Shown in pieces: positions 9,776 through 19,053 of a stretch of DNA of 64,000 nt. Both the position numbers and the translations under genes were made by a program. The notes under the pieces were generated by a model. That model did no database searches. It saw nothing but the letters and a program-made list of their open reading frames with translations, and was not told the origin of the DNA. Source of the stretch: Thermoproteota archaeon (GTDB taxonomy: Archaea; Korarchaeota; Korarchaeia; Korarchaeales; Korarchaeaceae); the NCBI GenBank assembly GCA_027491415.1, contig JAOZFH010000007.1, forward strand, positions 1-64,000. Reading direction: 5' to 3'. Each line of letters begins with the position of its first letter. Position 1 is the stretch's first letter.

Positions 9776-10963
9776 ATGGTGGACCTGACGGTTGAGGTCG
9801 CCGGAATCAGGTTCAGGAACCCCGTGCTCACGGCCGCCGGACCGCCCAGCCAGAACGCGGCCGCCCTGCTCGCGGCGGCCAGGGCAGGGGTAGGCGGGCT
9901 CGTGGCCAAGACCATCAGCGTTGAGCCCGCCAAGGTTCCCAGGCCCACCATGGTGGTCCTGGACAGGGGGTTCACGGATTTCGACGTGTTCTACGCCGCG
10001 GGAGGGAGGATTGTCAGGAGGACCAGGACTAAGCTCTTCATGCCGAGGGGCCTCCTCAACACCGAGCTCTGGTCGGACCTCCCATACCAGCGCTGGCTCG
10101 ACGTTGAGTACAGGCTGGCCAAGAGCTCCGGCCTGCCCCTTATAGCCAGCATAGGCTACACGGCCGAGGAGGTCAGCTTCCTAGGCAAGAAGGTGCAGGA
10201 GGCGGGCGTGGACGGCATAGAGTTCTCCCTCCACTACGTCGGGATAGACTACAAGCCCATCTTGGAGATCGCAAAGGCGTTGAGGGAGGCGGTTGACATC
10301 CCGATATTTGCGAAGCTGAGCCCGCACATCCTCAATCTGCCTGAGTTCGCCAAGGAGCTGGAGAAGATAGGCGTAGACGGGATCGTGGCGGTAAATTCGC
10401 TGGGACCGACGCTGCACATCGATATAGAGGAGGGCAGGCCGATGCTCGGCGGGAAGTACGGCTACGGCTGGCTCTCCGGCCCGGCGATCAAGCCCTTGGG
10501 CGTGAGAGTGGTTGCAGAGGTCGCGAGGAACACGAACCTGCCGGTGATTGGGGTGGGTGGAGTCACGAAGGGGGAGGACGCCATAGAGTACTTCATGGCC
10601 GGCGCCTCGGCCGTGCAGATCTGCACCGGCGCCATAATCGAGGGTCCGGGGATCTACGGCAGGGTGGCCAGGGAGATAGGGAAGTGGCTAGAGGAGCACG
10701 GCTACGACTCGGTGGAGGACATCAGGGGCATCGCCCTGAAGCACATGAGGGAGGAGCCCAACTACGAGGTCCGGAACCCCGTGGTGGACCCGGAGAAGTG
10801 CACCGCCTGCGGCATCTGCGAGCAGGCCTGCAGGTACAACGCCATCAGGATAGAGGGAGAGAGCGGCAAGAAGACGGCAGTCGTGGATCAGTACGCCTGC
10901 TACGGCTGCGGCGTCTGCGTGAGCATCTGCCCCGTCAGGGCGGTTACCTTCCCGCCCTCCTGA
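9776..10963 (+). CDS. Dihydropyrimidine dehydrogenase PreA / dihydroorotate dehydrogenase-like FMN protein with C-terminal 2x[4Fe-4S]
   Basis: FRNPVLTAAGP, VAKT, AKLSP, LSGPAIKP, IGVGGV, GASAVQICT; CTACGICEQAC and CYGCGVCVSIC; SD GGAGGTGA. Confidence 0.85.
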   Translation: MVDLTVEVAGIRFRNPVLTAAGPPSQNAAALLAAARAGVGGLVAKTISVEPAKVPRPTMVVLDRGFTDFDVFYAAGGRIVRRTRTKLFMPRGLLNTELWSDLPYQRWLDVEYRLAKSSGLPLIASIGYTAEEVSFLGKKVQEAGVDGIEFSLHYVGIDYKPILEIAKALREAVDIPIFAKLSPHILNLPEFAKELEKIGVDGIVAVNSLGPTLHIDIEEGRPMLGGKYGYGWLSGPAIKPLGVRVVAEVARNTNLPVIGVGGVTKGEDAIEYFMAGASAVQICTGAIIEGPGIYGRVAREIGKWLEEHGYDSVEDIRGIALKHMREEPNYEVRNPVVDPEKCTACGICEQACRYNAIRIEGESGKKTAVVDQYACYGCGVCVSICPVRAVTFPPS

Positions 10964-11013
10964 ATTTTTTCCTTGTCCCGCGAGGTAGGCGAAATGGGTT
11001 GGGAGGTGGTTTT

Positions 11014-11517
11014 GTGGCCCAGATGATGTTGCTGATAACGCCCGAGCTGTGCACCGGGTGCAGGCTCTGCGAGGGGGCCTGCTCCTTCCATCACTACCGT
11101 GTGATCCAGCCCTCCAGGTCTAGGATCACGGTGGTGAAGTTCGAAGACCGCGGGCTCGACGTTCCCGTCACGTGCCTCCAGTGCGACGACGCGCCGTGCG
11201 TCGCGGCGTGCCCGACCAGCGCGCTGTGGAAGGACGAGGAGTCCGGGCTCGTGGTATACGAGGCCGAGAGGTGCATTGGATGCAAGTCCTGCATCACCGC
11301 CTGCCCGTTCGGCGGCGTGGGGTGGGACGCCGAGACCAACAGCATACTGAAGTGCGACTGGTGCGGCGGAGACCCGCAGTGCGCCAGGATCTGCCCAACG
11401 GGCGCCATCAAGTGGGTCAGGGCCGACCAGGCCGACGACACCAAGAGGAGGATGGTCGCCCTCAGGATGCAGGAGGTGGCCCAGAACCTGATGGCCCCGA
11501 AGAGGGCAGGGGTGTGA
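11014..11517 (+). CDS. 4x[4Fe-4S] ferredoxin-like subunit, copy 2 (start 11014 or 11023)
   Basis: Four Cys clusters; paralogue of 7336..7830; SD GGAGGTG; T-run after the preA stop precedes it. Confidence 0.9.
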   Translation: MAQMMLLITPELCTGCRLCEGACSFHHYRVIQPSRSRITVVKFEDRGLDVPVTCLQCDDAPCVAACPTSALWKDEESGLVVYEAERCIGCKSCITACPFGGVGWDAETNSILKCDWCGGDPQCARICPTGAIKWVRADQADDTKRRMVALRMQEVAQNLMAPKRAGV

Positions 11518-11520
11518 GAG

Positions 11521-13488
11521 TTGCGGTTCCCGTACAAGGGGTACGCGGGCAAGATACTGCGGGTCGACCTCACCTCAGGCAAGATCAGGGAGGTGAACAC
11601 TCCCAAGGAGTGGGCCCGCAAGTACCTCGGCGGCGACGGCATGGCGGCTAGGCTCCTCTGGGAGGAGGTCGGTCCGGGGGTCAACCCGCTGGGCCCGGAC
11701 AACAAGCTGATCGTAGCCACGGGTCCGGTGACGGGCACCATATGGCACACCTCGGGCAGGGTCGTCGCGGTGTCCAAGTCCCCGCTCACCGGGATATGGG
11801 GAGAGGCCCACTCCGGCGGGCACTTCGGGCCCGAGATTAAGTACGCTGGCTACGACATGATCGTGGTAGAGGGGGCGTCGAGCAAGCCCGTTTACCTCTC
11901 CATCTATGACGGAAAGGTGGAGATCAGGGACGCCAGCCACCTGTGGGGGAAGGACACCTACGAGACCACCGAGATGATCAGGGAGGAGCTCGGGGACCCG
12001 GCGGTGCAGGTGGCCAGCATCGGCCAGGCCGGCGAGAACCTAGTGAAGTACGCCGCCATAATCACCAACTACCACGACGCGTTCGGCAGGACCGGCATGG
12101 GCGCCGTCATGGGCTCCAAGAGGCTCAAGGCCATTGCTGTGAGGGGATTCGGGGCAGTCGAGGTGGCCCACCCTGACGAGTTCTACGAGTTCGCCCTAGA
12201 GGGGCACAGGAGAGTCCTGGAGTCGGACCAGGCCATGGAGCTCAGGAGGTTCGGCACCCCCATGCTCGTGGCGGTTAAGCAGGCCATCGGCGAGCTCCCG
12301 ACGAAGAACCACTGGGTGGGCGTGTTCGACCGATACCACTCCATAGACGCCGAGACGCTCAGAGAGAAGTATTGGGTGGCTACTAAGTCCTGCTTCGGCT
12401 GCAGCACGGCTTGCAAGAAGAAGCACCTCGTGAGGGCGGGCGAGTTCGCTGGCACCTTCACCGGGGGGCCCGAGTACGAGGCCGTCTTCGCCTTCGGCTC
12501 CAGCGCCATGTGCGACAACCTCCCCGCCATCCTCAGGCTAAACCTGCTGTGCAACAAGTACGGAGTCGACGTCATATCCGCTGGAAAGACGATGTCCTTC
12601 GTGATGGAGCTCTTCGAGAAGGGTATCTTAACGAAGGACGACACCGGGGGCTTCGAGCTCAGGTGGGGGGACTACCACGCCATGCTCGAGGCCCTCGACA
12701 TGATCGTGTTCAGGAAGGGCTTCGGGGACCTGATGGCCGAGGGCGTCAGGGCAATGGCCCAGAGGATCGGCAGGGGTGCCGAGAAGTACGCGATGCACGT
12801 CAAGGGCTTGGAAATATCCGGCCAGGACGGCAGGGCCCACAGGTCCGCCGGCCTGACGCACGCGGTGTCGGCCAGGGGCGCGGACCACATGAGGTCCCTC
12901 GTGACCGTGGACCAGCTCGCCTACTGGGACACGGCCAGGGAGAGGTTTGGCGAGGACAAGGTCGAGGGCGTGGTCAACGGGTACTCCGAGGCGTACAAGG
13001 GTCTGGCCGTGAAGATGCACGAGGATGCCTACGCGGTGAGGGACTCGCTCATAGTGTGCTGGTACACGGTAGGCTGGCCGCCAATATTCTGGATGGACGA
13101 CTTCGCCAGGTTGGCCTACCTGGTCACGGGAGAGGAGGCCTTCAAGGACGTCAGGGAGATGTGGGTGATCGGCGAGAGGATAAACAACCTCAAGAGGGCT
13201 TTCAACGTCAGGCTCGGGATAACGAAAAGGGACGACACCCTCCCGGAGAGGTTCACCAAGGAGCCAATGCCGGCCGGACCTGCCAAGGGACAGGTCGTTA
13301 ACCTGGACGTGATGCTCGACGAGTACTACACCCTGAGGGGGTGGGATCTCAAGACAGGGCTGCCTACGAGGGAGAAGCTCGTGGAACTCGGCTTGGAGGA
13401 CGTCGCCGCCGAGCTGGAGCGGCTCGGTAAGCTGCCCAGGAGTGAGCGGCCCCCTGAGGGCGAGGGAGGGGTAGGAGAGGCCGGATGA
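11521..13488 (+). CDS. AOR/WOR family tungstoenzyme, copy 2
   Basis: KSPLTG, GRTGMGAVMGSK, CFGCSTAC, GPEYE, RGADH, DDTLPERF. Confidence 0.92.
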   Translation: MRFPYKGYAGKILRVDLTSGKIREVNTPKEWARKYLGGDGMAARLLWEEVGPGVNPLGPDNKLIVATGPVTGTIWHTSGRVVAVSKSPLTGIWGEAHSGGHFGPEIKYAGYDMIVVEGASSKPVYLSIYDGKVEIRDASHLWGKDTYETTEMIREELGDPAVQVASIGQAGENLVKYAAIITNYHDAFGRTGMGAVMGSKRLKAIAVRGFGAVEVAHPDEFYEFALEGHRRVLESDQAMELRRFGTPMLVAVKQAIGELPTKNHWVGVFDRYHSIDAETLREKYWVATKSCFGCSTACKKKHLVRAGEFAGTFTGGPEYEAVFAFGSSAMCDNLPAILRLNLLCNKYGVDVISAGKTMSFVMELFEKGILTKDDTGGFELRWGDYHAMLEALDMIVFRKGFGDLMAEGVRAMAQRIGRGAEKYAMHVKGLEISGQDGRAHRSAGLTHAVSARGADHMRSLVTVDQLAYWDTARERFGEDKVEGVVNGYSEAYKGLAVKMHEDAYAVRDSLIVCWYTVGWPPIFWMDDFARLAYLVTGEEAFKDVREMWVIGERINNLKRAFNVRLGITKRDDTLPERFTKEPMPAGPAKGQVVNLDVMLDEYYTLRGWDLKTGLPTREKLVELGLEDVAAELERLGKLPRSERPPEGEGGVGEAG

Positions 13489-14843
13489 CGGTTGACCTCG
13501 TGGTCCGGGGCGCCAGGGTCCTGACCTCCCAGTTCATGGTCGAGAGAGCCGGCGTCGCCGTCCAGGACGGGAAGATCGTGGCCCTGGCAAAGGATCCCCA
13601 CCTGCCGGAGGCCTCCCAGGTCGTTGACGCCGACGGGAAGATCCTGATGCCTGGGGCCATAGACGCGCACGCGCACATCTACGATCCGGACTACACGCAC
13701 AGGGAGGACTGGAAGAGCGGGAGCGAGGCCGCCGCTGCCGGTGGCGTTACCCTGCTCATGGACATGCCCCTGGTTCTCACAGTCATGCCGGAGCTGGCCA
13801 GGCAGAAGATAGAGGTGGGCGAGAGGGAGTCCCTCGTAGACTTCAGCCTGCACGCGGGCATGATGACGAGCGAGGAGCACCTGAGGAGGATGCCCGAGCT
13901 TGCGGAGATGGGCATCCTCTCCTTCAAGGCGTTCACCACCAAGCCCTTCCTGGCCAGCTACGACTACATAGAGGAGCTCCTGATCAGGGCGTCCGAGCTT
14001 GGTGGCAGGATTGTCGTCCACTCGGAGGACAATCAGGTGATAGAGAGGGGGGTTCACAGGGTCAGGGACGTTGAGGGGAGGAAGGACCCTCTGGCCCACC
14101 ACGACTCGAGGCCGCCCGAGGCTGAGGCCGTCGCCGTGGCCCGGATAATCGAGTCAGTGGCCAGGGTGGGCGGGCATTATCACGTTGCCCACATAAACAC
14201 GGCCAGGGGGGCCGAGCTGGTGGCCCACGCCAAGGCCAGGGGTCTCAGGGTGACTTCGGAGACGTGCGTCCACTACCTGGTATTCACGAAGGACGATGTG
14301 GGGAAGTGGGGGCCCTACCTCAAGATGACCCCGCCCCTCAGGACCAAGGAGGACGTCAGGGGGCTCTGGGAGGCCTTGCTCACCGGCGGCGTGGACATGA
14401 TCGCCACGGACCACGCCCCCGGCACCAGGGAAGAGAAGGAGGTCGGCTGGGACGACATATGGGAGGCCTGGGGCGGCATCCCCGGGGTGGAGACGCTGCT
14501 TCCGATCTCCATGAGCGAGGGGCTCCACAGGTGGGGGATACCGCCCACCGTGCTCTGCGCGGCCCTCTGCGCAAACCCGGCGAAGGCGTTCGGGATGTAC
14601 CCCAAGAAGGGCGAGCTGGCCCCCGGGTCAGATGCGGACCTCGTCGTCTACGACCAGAGCCTGGAGGTAGAGATCAGGGCCGACAGGCTCCACTACAAGG
14701 TGGGCTGGACGCCCTATGAGGGGATCGTCGTAAGGGGCTGGCCCGTCTTGGTCACCGTACGGGGTGAGGTCGTGGCCCAGGACGGCGAGCCCGTCGGGCG
14801 CCCCGGCCACGGGGAGTTCGTCAGGATGGGGAGGTGGAGGTGA
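13485..14843 (+). CDS. Cyclic amidohydrolase (dihydropyrimidinase/hydantoinase HyuA/allantoinase family)
   Basis: IDAHAH, AAAAGGVT, SFKAF (carboxylated Lys), VHSED, AHIN, TPPLR, TDHAP, NPAK, GSDADL. Confidence 0.9.
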   Translation: MTVDLVVRGARVLTSQFMVERAGVAVQDGKIVALAKDPHLPEASQVVDADGKILMPGAIDAHAHIYDPDYTHREDWKSGSEAAAAGGVTLLMDMPLVLTVMPELARQKIEVGERESLVDFSLHAGMMTSEEHLRRMPELAEMGILSFKAFTTKPFLASYDYIEELLIRASELGGRIVVHSEDNQVIERGVHRVRDVEGRKDPLAHHDSRPPEAEAVAVARIIESVARVGGHYHVAHINTARGAELVAHAKARGLRVTSETCVHYLVFTKDDVGKWGPYLKMTPPLRTKEDVRGLWEALLTGGVDMIATDHAPGTREEKEVGWDDIWEAWGGIPGVETLLPISMSEGLHRWGIPPTVLCAALCANPAKAFGMYPKKGELAPGSDADLVVYDQSLEVEIRADRLHYKVGWTPYEGIVVRGWPVLVTVRGEVVAQDGEPVGRPGHGEFVRMGRWR

Positions 14844-14845
14844 TT

Positions 14846-16783
14846 ATGGATTCGGAGTCGATCGGAGTTGCCGGGAAGTACGGCGGCTGGGCCGGTCAAA
14901 TCCTTTGGGTCGACCTGAGCAGACAGAAGGTCGTGCCAAAGCCGCTGGACGAGGAGCTGGCGCTGAACTACCTCGGGGGAACGGGGTTCGCGGCCAGGTG
15001 GCTCTTCGACCTGGTCGGACCGGAGGTGGACCCGTTCAGCCCGGACAACGTCTTCATACTGGCCACGGGGGTTCTCACCGGGACGATATTCCCCCAGGCC
15101 AGCAGGCACATAGTCGCCGCCAAGTCCCCGCTCACCGACGTCTACGGCGAGGCCCACGCCGCCGGGCACTTCGGCGCCGAACTCAAGTTCGCCGGATTCG
15201 ACGCGGTCGTGGTCACCGGCAGGTCTGACAAGCCGGTCTACATATACATCGAGGACGGGAAGGCCGAGATAAAGGACGCCAGCCACCTGTGGGGGAGGAC
15301 GACCTACGAAGCGGAGGAGATTATCAAGGAGGAGATCGGAGACAGGCAGGTCAAGGCGGCGCTGATAGGGCAGGCCGGCGAGAACCTGGTGAGGTTTGCC
15401 GGCGTCTTCAACGACCACGGCAGGGCCGCGGCTAGGGCCGGCATCGGCGCCGTCATGGGCTCCAAGAGGCTCAAGGCCATCGCGGCCAGGGGTTACAGAC
15501 CCATCAAGGTGGCCAGGCCCGACGAGTTCTACGAGACCATGATCGAATACGGCAAGAGGATGCTCGCCCACCCGTTCACGCCGGACAGGGTGAAGTACGG
15601 CACCAACAGCCTGGTTGAGCTCATGCAGGCCATAGGCAGGCTGCCGGCGTACAACCACAGGGAGGGCGTGTTCGACGAGTGGGAGAAGATCTCCGGGGAG
15701 AGGGTGACGAGGGAGTACCTGCTCAAGCCAAAGGCAGACTTCGCCTGCTATCAGAGGTGCGGCCGGTTCGTCCGAGTGCCCTCCGGCAAGTACGCCATGG
15801 TAGGTAAGGGGCCCGAGTACGAGGGTCTGGACGCGCTGGGGGCCAACGTGGGGAACAGCGACCTGGAGGCCCTGATCTACGCCAACCACCTGTGCAACCT
15901 CTACGGGATGGACGTCATATCCGCCGGAGGGGTCATAGCCTGGGCCATGGAGTGCTGGGAGAACGGCCTCCTCACCAAGGAGGACACTGGCGGTCTGGAG
16001 CTCGAGTGGGGAGACCCTGAGCTGATAGTCCAGCTGATCGAGATGATCGCCCTTAGGAAGGGCTTCGGGGACCTACTGGCCGAGGGCGTCTACCGGGCCG
16101 CCAAGAAGATCGGGAGGGGAACTGAGAAGTACGCGATGCACGTGAAGAAGATGGAGATAGCTGCGCAGGACGGCAGGGCCCAGAAGAGCATGGGGCTGGC
16201 TCACGCTACCTCCAACAGGGGTGCTGACCACCTCTACGCGTTCCCGGTGCTGGACGAGGTGGGTTTCGAGAAGGACATAGTCGAGAGGTTCGGAGAGCAG
16301 TACCTCCCCGAGATGACGGACAGGTTGAACCCCAAGTACAAGGGCATCATGGTGGCGGAGCTGGAGGACTTCGGGGCCGTGGTCGAGGCCGTGGGCGTGT
16401 GCAAGTACGGCACCATAATCCCGCCGGTCTTCTTCTACCCGGACCTGGCGGAGGCCCTGACGCTGGTGACCGGGAAGAAGTACACGGAGGCCGACCTAAG
16501 GCTAATCGGCGCCAGGATCGTGAACCTCCAGAGGCTGTTCAACGTGAGGGAGGGTCTGACTAGGAAGGACGACACGCTGCCGGGCAGGTTCACCAAGGAG
16601 CCAATGCCGAGGGGGCCTGCCAAGGGACAGGTGGTGGAGCTCGACCAGATGCTGGACGAGTACTACCAGTACAGGAACTGGGACGTGAAGACTGGCATCC
16701 CCAGAAAGAGCCTCCTGTCAGAGCTTGGCCTGGAGAAGGAGGCAGAGGAGCTCGAGCGGCGGGGGATAAGGATCCCGCCGTGA
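14846..16783 (+). CDS. AOR/WOR family tungstoenzyme, copy 3
   Basis: KSPLT, AAARAGIGAVMGSK, DFACYQRC, GPEYE, RGADH, DDTLPGRF; SD GGAGGTGA. Confidence 0.92.
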   Translation: MDSESIGVAGKYGGWAGQILWVDLSRQKVVPKPLDEELALNYLGGTGFAARWLFDLVGPEVDPFSPDNVFILATGVLTGTIFPQASRHIVAAKSPLTDVYGEAHAAGHFGAELKFAGFDAVVVTGRSDKPVYIYIEDGKAEIKDASHLWGRTTYEAEEIIKEEIGDRQVKAALIGQAGENLVRFAGVFNDHGRAAARAGIGAVMGSKRLKAIAARGYRPIKVARPDEFYETMIEYGKRMLAHPFTPDRVKYGTNSLVELMQAIGRLPAYNHREGVFDEWEKISGERVTREYLLKPKADFACYQRCGRFVRVPSGKYAMVGKGPEYEGLDALGANVGNSDLEALIYANHLCNLYGMDVISAGGVIAWAMECWENGLLTKEDTGGLELEWGDPELIVQLIEMIALRKGFGDLLAEGVYRAAKKIGRGTEKYAMHVKKMEIAAQDGRAQKSMGLAHATSNRGADHLYAFPVLDEVGFEKDIVERFGEQYLPEMTDRLNPKYKGIMVAELEDFGAVVEAVGVCKYGTIIPPVFFYPDLAEALTLVTGKKYTEADLRLIGARIVNLQRLFNVREGLTRKDDTLPGRFTKEPMPRGPAKGQVVELDQMLDEYYQYRNWDVKTGIPRKSLLSELGLEKEAEELERRGIRIPP

Positions 16784-16829
16784 TTTTTGTGGGGCCGAGG
16801 GGCTCCCCACACCCACTTTTTGGTCTTTC
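16784..16829 (+). terminator. Terminator of the AOR operon
   Basis: T-run, tgtgggg...ccccaca hairpin, then cttttttgg. Confidence 0.55.
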
Positions 16830-16930
16830 CCCTCAATGCGATGAGGCCCCTCACGCAGCCTCCCGGAAGAGCTACCCGCCGACCGAATCCATTTTTATGA
16901 CGAGTACGCGACCCAGGCCGGGGATTCAGC

Positions 16931-18787
16931 CTGACTGAGGGAGAGCGGGAGGTCTCCCTGAAGAGGGACGTCGGCTGGTTTGGCTCCTTCGCCATGGGCT
17001 ACGCCGATGTGGGCGCTGACGTATTCATAGCCCTAGGCCTCGTGGCAGCCTACGCGGCCGGAGGGCTTCCCCTAGCCTTCTCCCTCGCGGCGATAGCCTA
17101 CGTCCTCACGGGACTCGTCTACGCAGAGCTCTCCTCTACCTACCCGTACGCGGGCGGGGCGCAGGTCTATGCTGCGAGGGGGCTGGGGGATCCAGCTGGA
17201 TTCGTCGCCGGATGGGCCCTCCTTCTGAGCTACACGGTGGACATCGCCCTGTTCTCCATGGCCTCAGCTGGCTACCTATCCTACTTCTTCCCTCAAATAG
17301 CCTCCTTCTCTCACCGCGTGCTCGGTGTGGAGCTGAACGGGTTCGCCGCGTGCTCCATAGTCATGATACTGGCTCTGATAGGTCTCAACGTGCTAGGGAT
17401 CAGGGAGTCCTCTCGGCTGAACGAGATAATGGTCTCCCTCGGCTTGGCCGTTCAGGGCGCCCTCCTGCTGATCGGCCTCGCCTACATGAGAGCCGACACG
17501 CTCAGGGAGAACCTCCGGGAGGTCGGCTACCCTGGGGTGAGGGAGGAGGTCGCCTACCTGCCCGGAATCGGCGTGAGGGAGCAGAACTTCATCTACGGCA
17601 CCACGCTGGCCATGAGCTCCTTCATAGGCGTGGAGTCTATCGCCCAGGCAGCTGAAGAGATAAAGAGGCCCTACAAATGGATCCCACTGGCCACCAAGCT
17701 CTCGGTGGTGGCCGTCCTGGTTTTCGCGCTCGGACTCTCTCTGGTGGGAGTTGGGACCGTCGGCTGGCGGCCCCTGGCCGAGAACGCGGAAAGGCCCCTC
17801 ACGGTCTTGGCGGAATCCCTCCCCGTGATCAGGGGAGTTGCCCCGGCGCTGGTGGCCGCCACCGGATTCGTGATCAACCTGGTCTCGGCGAACACCGGGA
17901 TAATCGGCGTCTCAAGAGTGGTCTACTCCATGGGCAGGTTCCAGCTGATGCCCTCCTGGTTCAAGGCCATACATCCTAGGTTCAGGACGCCGATCAGGAC
18001 GATAGTCCTCTTCGGCCTCCTCGGAGGGCTCTTGACGCTGCTCGGCAGCCTTGAGAAGATCGCGGACGTGTACGCCTTCGGGGCCCTTGCTTCTTACGTC
18101 TTGGTAAATGTCTCCATGATCCGGCTCAGGGAGATAGATAGGGATGCCTACCGGCCGTGGAAGGCGCCGGGCTCCATTGAGGTGGGCGGGAGAGAGATCC
18201 CCCTGGTGGGCCTCATGGGCGCCCTGGCCACGGGCATCATGTTCGTCCTAGTGGCGGCCCTCCACCCTGTGGGCCGGTCGCTGGGCACGGCGTGGTTCGT
18301 GGTAGGCCTCGCGGTCTTCGCGGCCTATCGGACGGCAGTGGGCCTGCCGATCACAGGGAGGATAAGTGGAGAGATGTCCAGGCCCGCCAACTACCTCATG
18401 GACGCCCTTGTGCTCTTCAGACCCTACGACGATCCGGAGAAGGTGGCGCGCGCTGTCGCGGAGGGCCTCAGGGGCAGGTTCAGGGTCCACCTGCTCAGCG
18501 TCGTTAACCCCGCGGGCATGTCGCCCGACGAGCTCTCCGACGAGGCTGGCAGAATCCTTACCTCACTTGAGGAAACCGCCAAGAGGCTCAGATCCCGGGG
18601 GATCCTCGTGACGACTTCGGTCATGTACGGCGAGCCAGTGGAAGTGGCCGTCATGGAGGGCTCGAGCGACAGGTACGACCTCGTCGTGGTGCTCACATCG
18701 AGGCGAGCCATGAAGTCTAAAGAGAGGGGCCTGGCCAGGGTAGTGTCGGCGAGGCTTCCCGGGAAGGTGTTGGTCCTCAGGAGGTGA
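16931..18787 (+). CDS. APC-family amino acid permease fused to a C-terminal USP-like domain (probable CTG start at 16931 or 16958; first ATG at 16994)
   Basis: LKRDVGWFGSFAMG lies upstream of the first ATG; YAELSS, AGGAQVY, FIGVESIAQAAEE, IHPRFRTP; C-terminal HLLSVV...GEPVE USP pattern. Confidence 0.85.
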   Translation: MTEGEREVSLKRDVGWFGSFAMGYADVGADVFIALGLVAAYAAGGLPLAFSLAAIAYVLTGLVYAELSSTYPYAGGAQVYAARGLGDPAGFVAGWALLLSYTVDIALFSMASAGYLSYFFPQIASFSHRVLGVELNGFAACSIVMILALIGLNVLGIRESSRLNEIMVSLGLAVQGALLLIGLAYMRADTLRENLREVGYPGVREEVAYLPGIGVREQNFIYGTTLAMSSFIGVESIAQAAEEIKRPYKWIPLATKLSVVAVLVFALGLSLVGVGTVGWRPLAENAERPLTVLAESLPVIRGVAPALVAATGFVINLVSANTGIIGVSRVVYSMGRFQLMPSWFKAIHPRFRTPIRTIVLFGLLGGLLTLLGSLEKIADVYAFGALASYVLVNVSMIRLREIDRDAYRPWKAPGSIEVGGREIPLVGLMGALATGIMFVLVAALHPVGRSLGTAWFVVGLAVFAAYRTAVGLPITGRISGEMSRPANYLMDALVLFRPYDDPEKVARAVAEGLRGRFRVHLLSVVNPAGMSPDELSDEAGRILTSLEETAKRLRSRGILVTTSVMYGEPVEVAVMEGSSDRYDLVVVLTSRRAMKSKERGLARVVSARLPGKVLVLRR

Positions 18788-18792
18788 GTTCC

Positions 18793-19053
18793 ATGCTCGT
18801 GATAATCAACCTCTATGTTGAAGCGAAGTATCTGGAGTCTCTAGTTGACGAGCTCAAGCAGATGCCTGAGGTGGTCGACCTGTTCGAGGTCACGGGAGAC
18901 CAAGACTTGGTCTTGATAGTCGAGGCCGAGTCCATCGAGCACTTCAGGAGCGTACTCGTGAAGAGGATCCTCAAGAAGCAGGGCATCAACGGCTCCAACA
19001 GCCTAGTTGTGCTCCACACCCACAAGAGGATGGGGAGGCTGTTGGAGGAGTGA
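18793..19053 (+). CDS. Stand-alone Lrp/AsnC ligand-binding (RAM) domain protein
   Basis: PEVVDLFEVTGDQDLVLIV motif; no HTH; SD GAGGTGA. Confidence 0.8.
   Translation: MLVIINLYVEAKYLESLVDELKQMPEVVDLFEVTGDQDLVLIVEAESIEHFRSVLVKRILKKQGINGSNSLVVLHTHKRMGRLLEE

Noticed and set aside
10684-11013. Apparent 110-aa N-terminal extension of the second FeS protein overlapping preA
   Set aside because: Alternative-frame run-through; a strong SD and the paralogue's length place the start at 11014/11023.
8442-15480. 35-bp identical tract (ggcgccgtcatgggctccaagaggctcaaggccat) in all three AOR genes, and shared tracts in the two FeS genes
   Set aside because: Encodes an invariant protein motif using preferred codons; not CRISPR-like or mobile, and too short to claim gene conversion.
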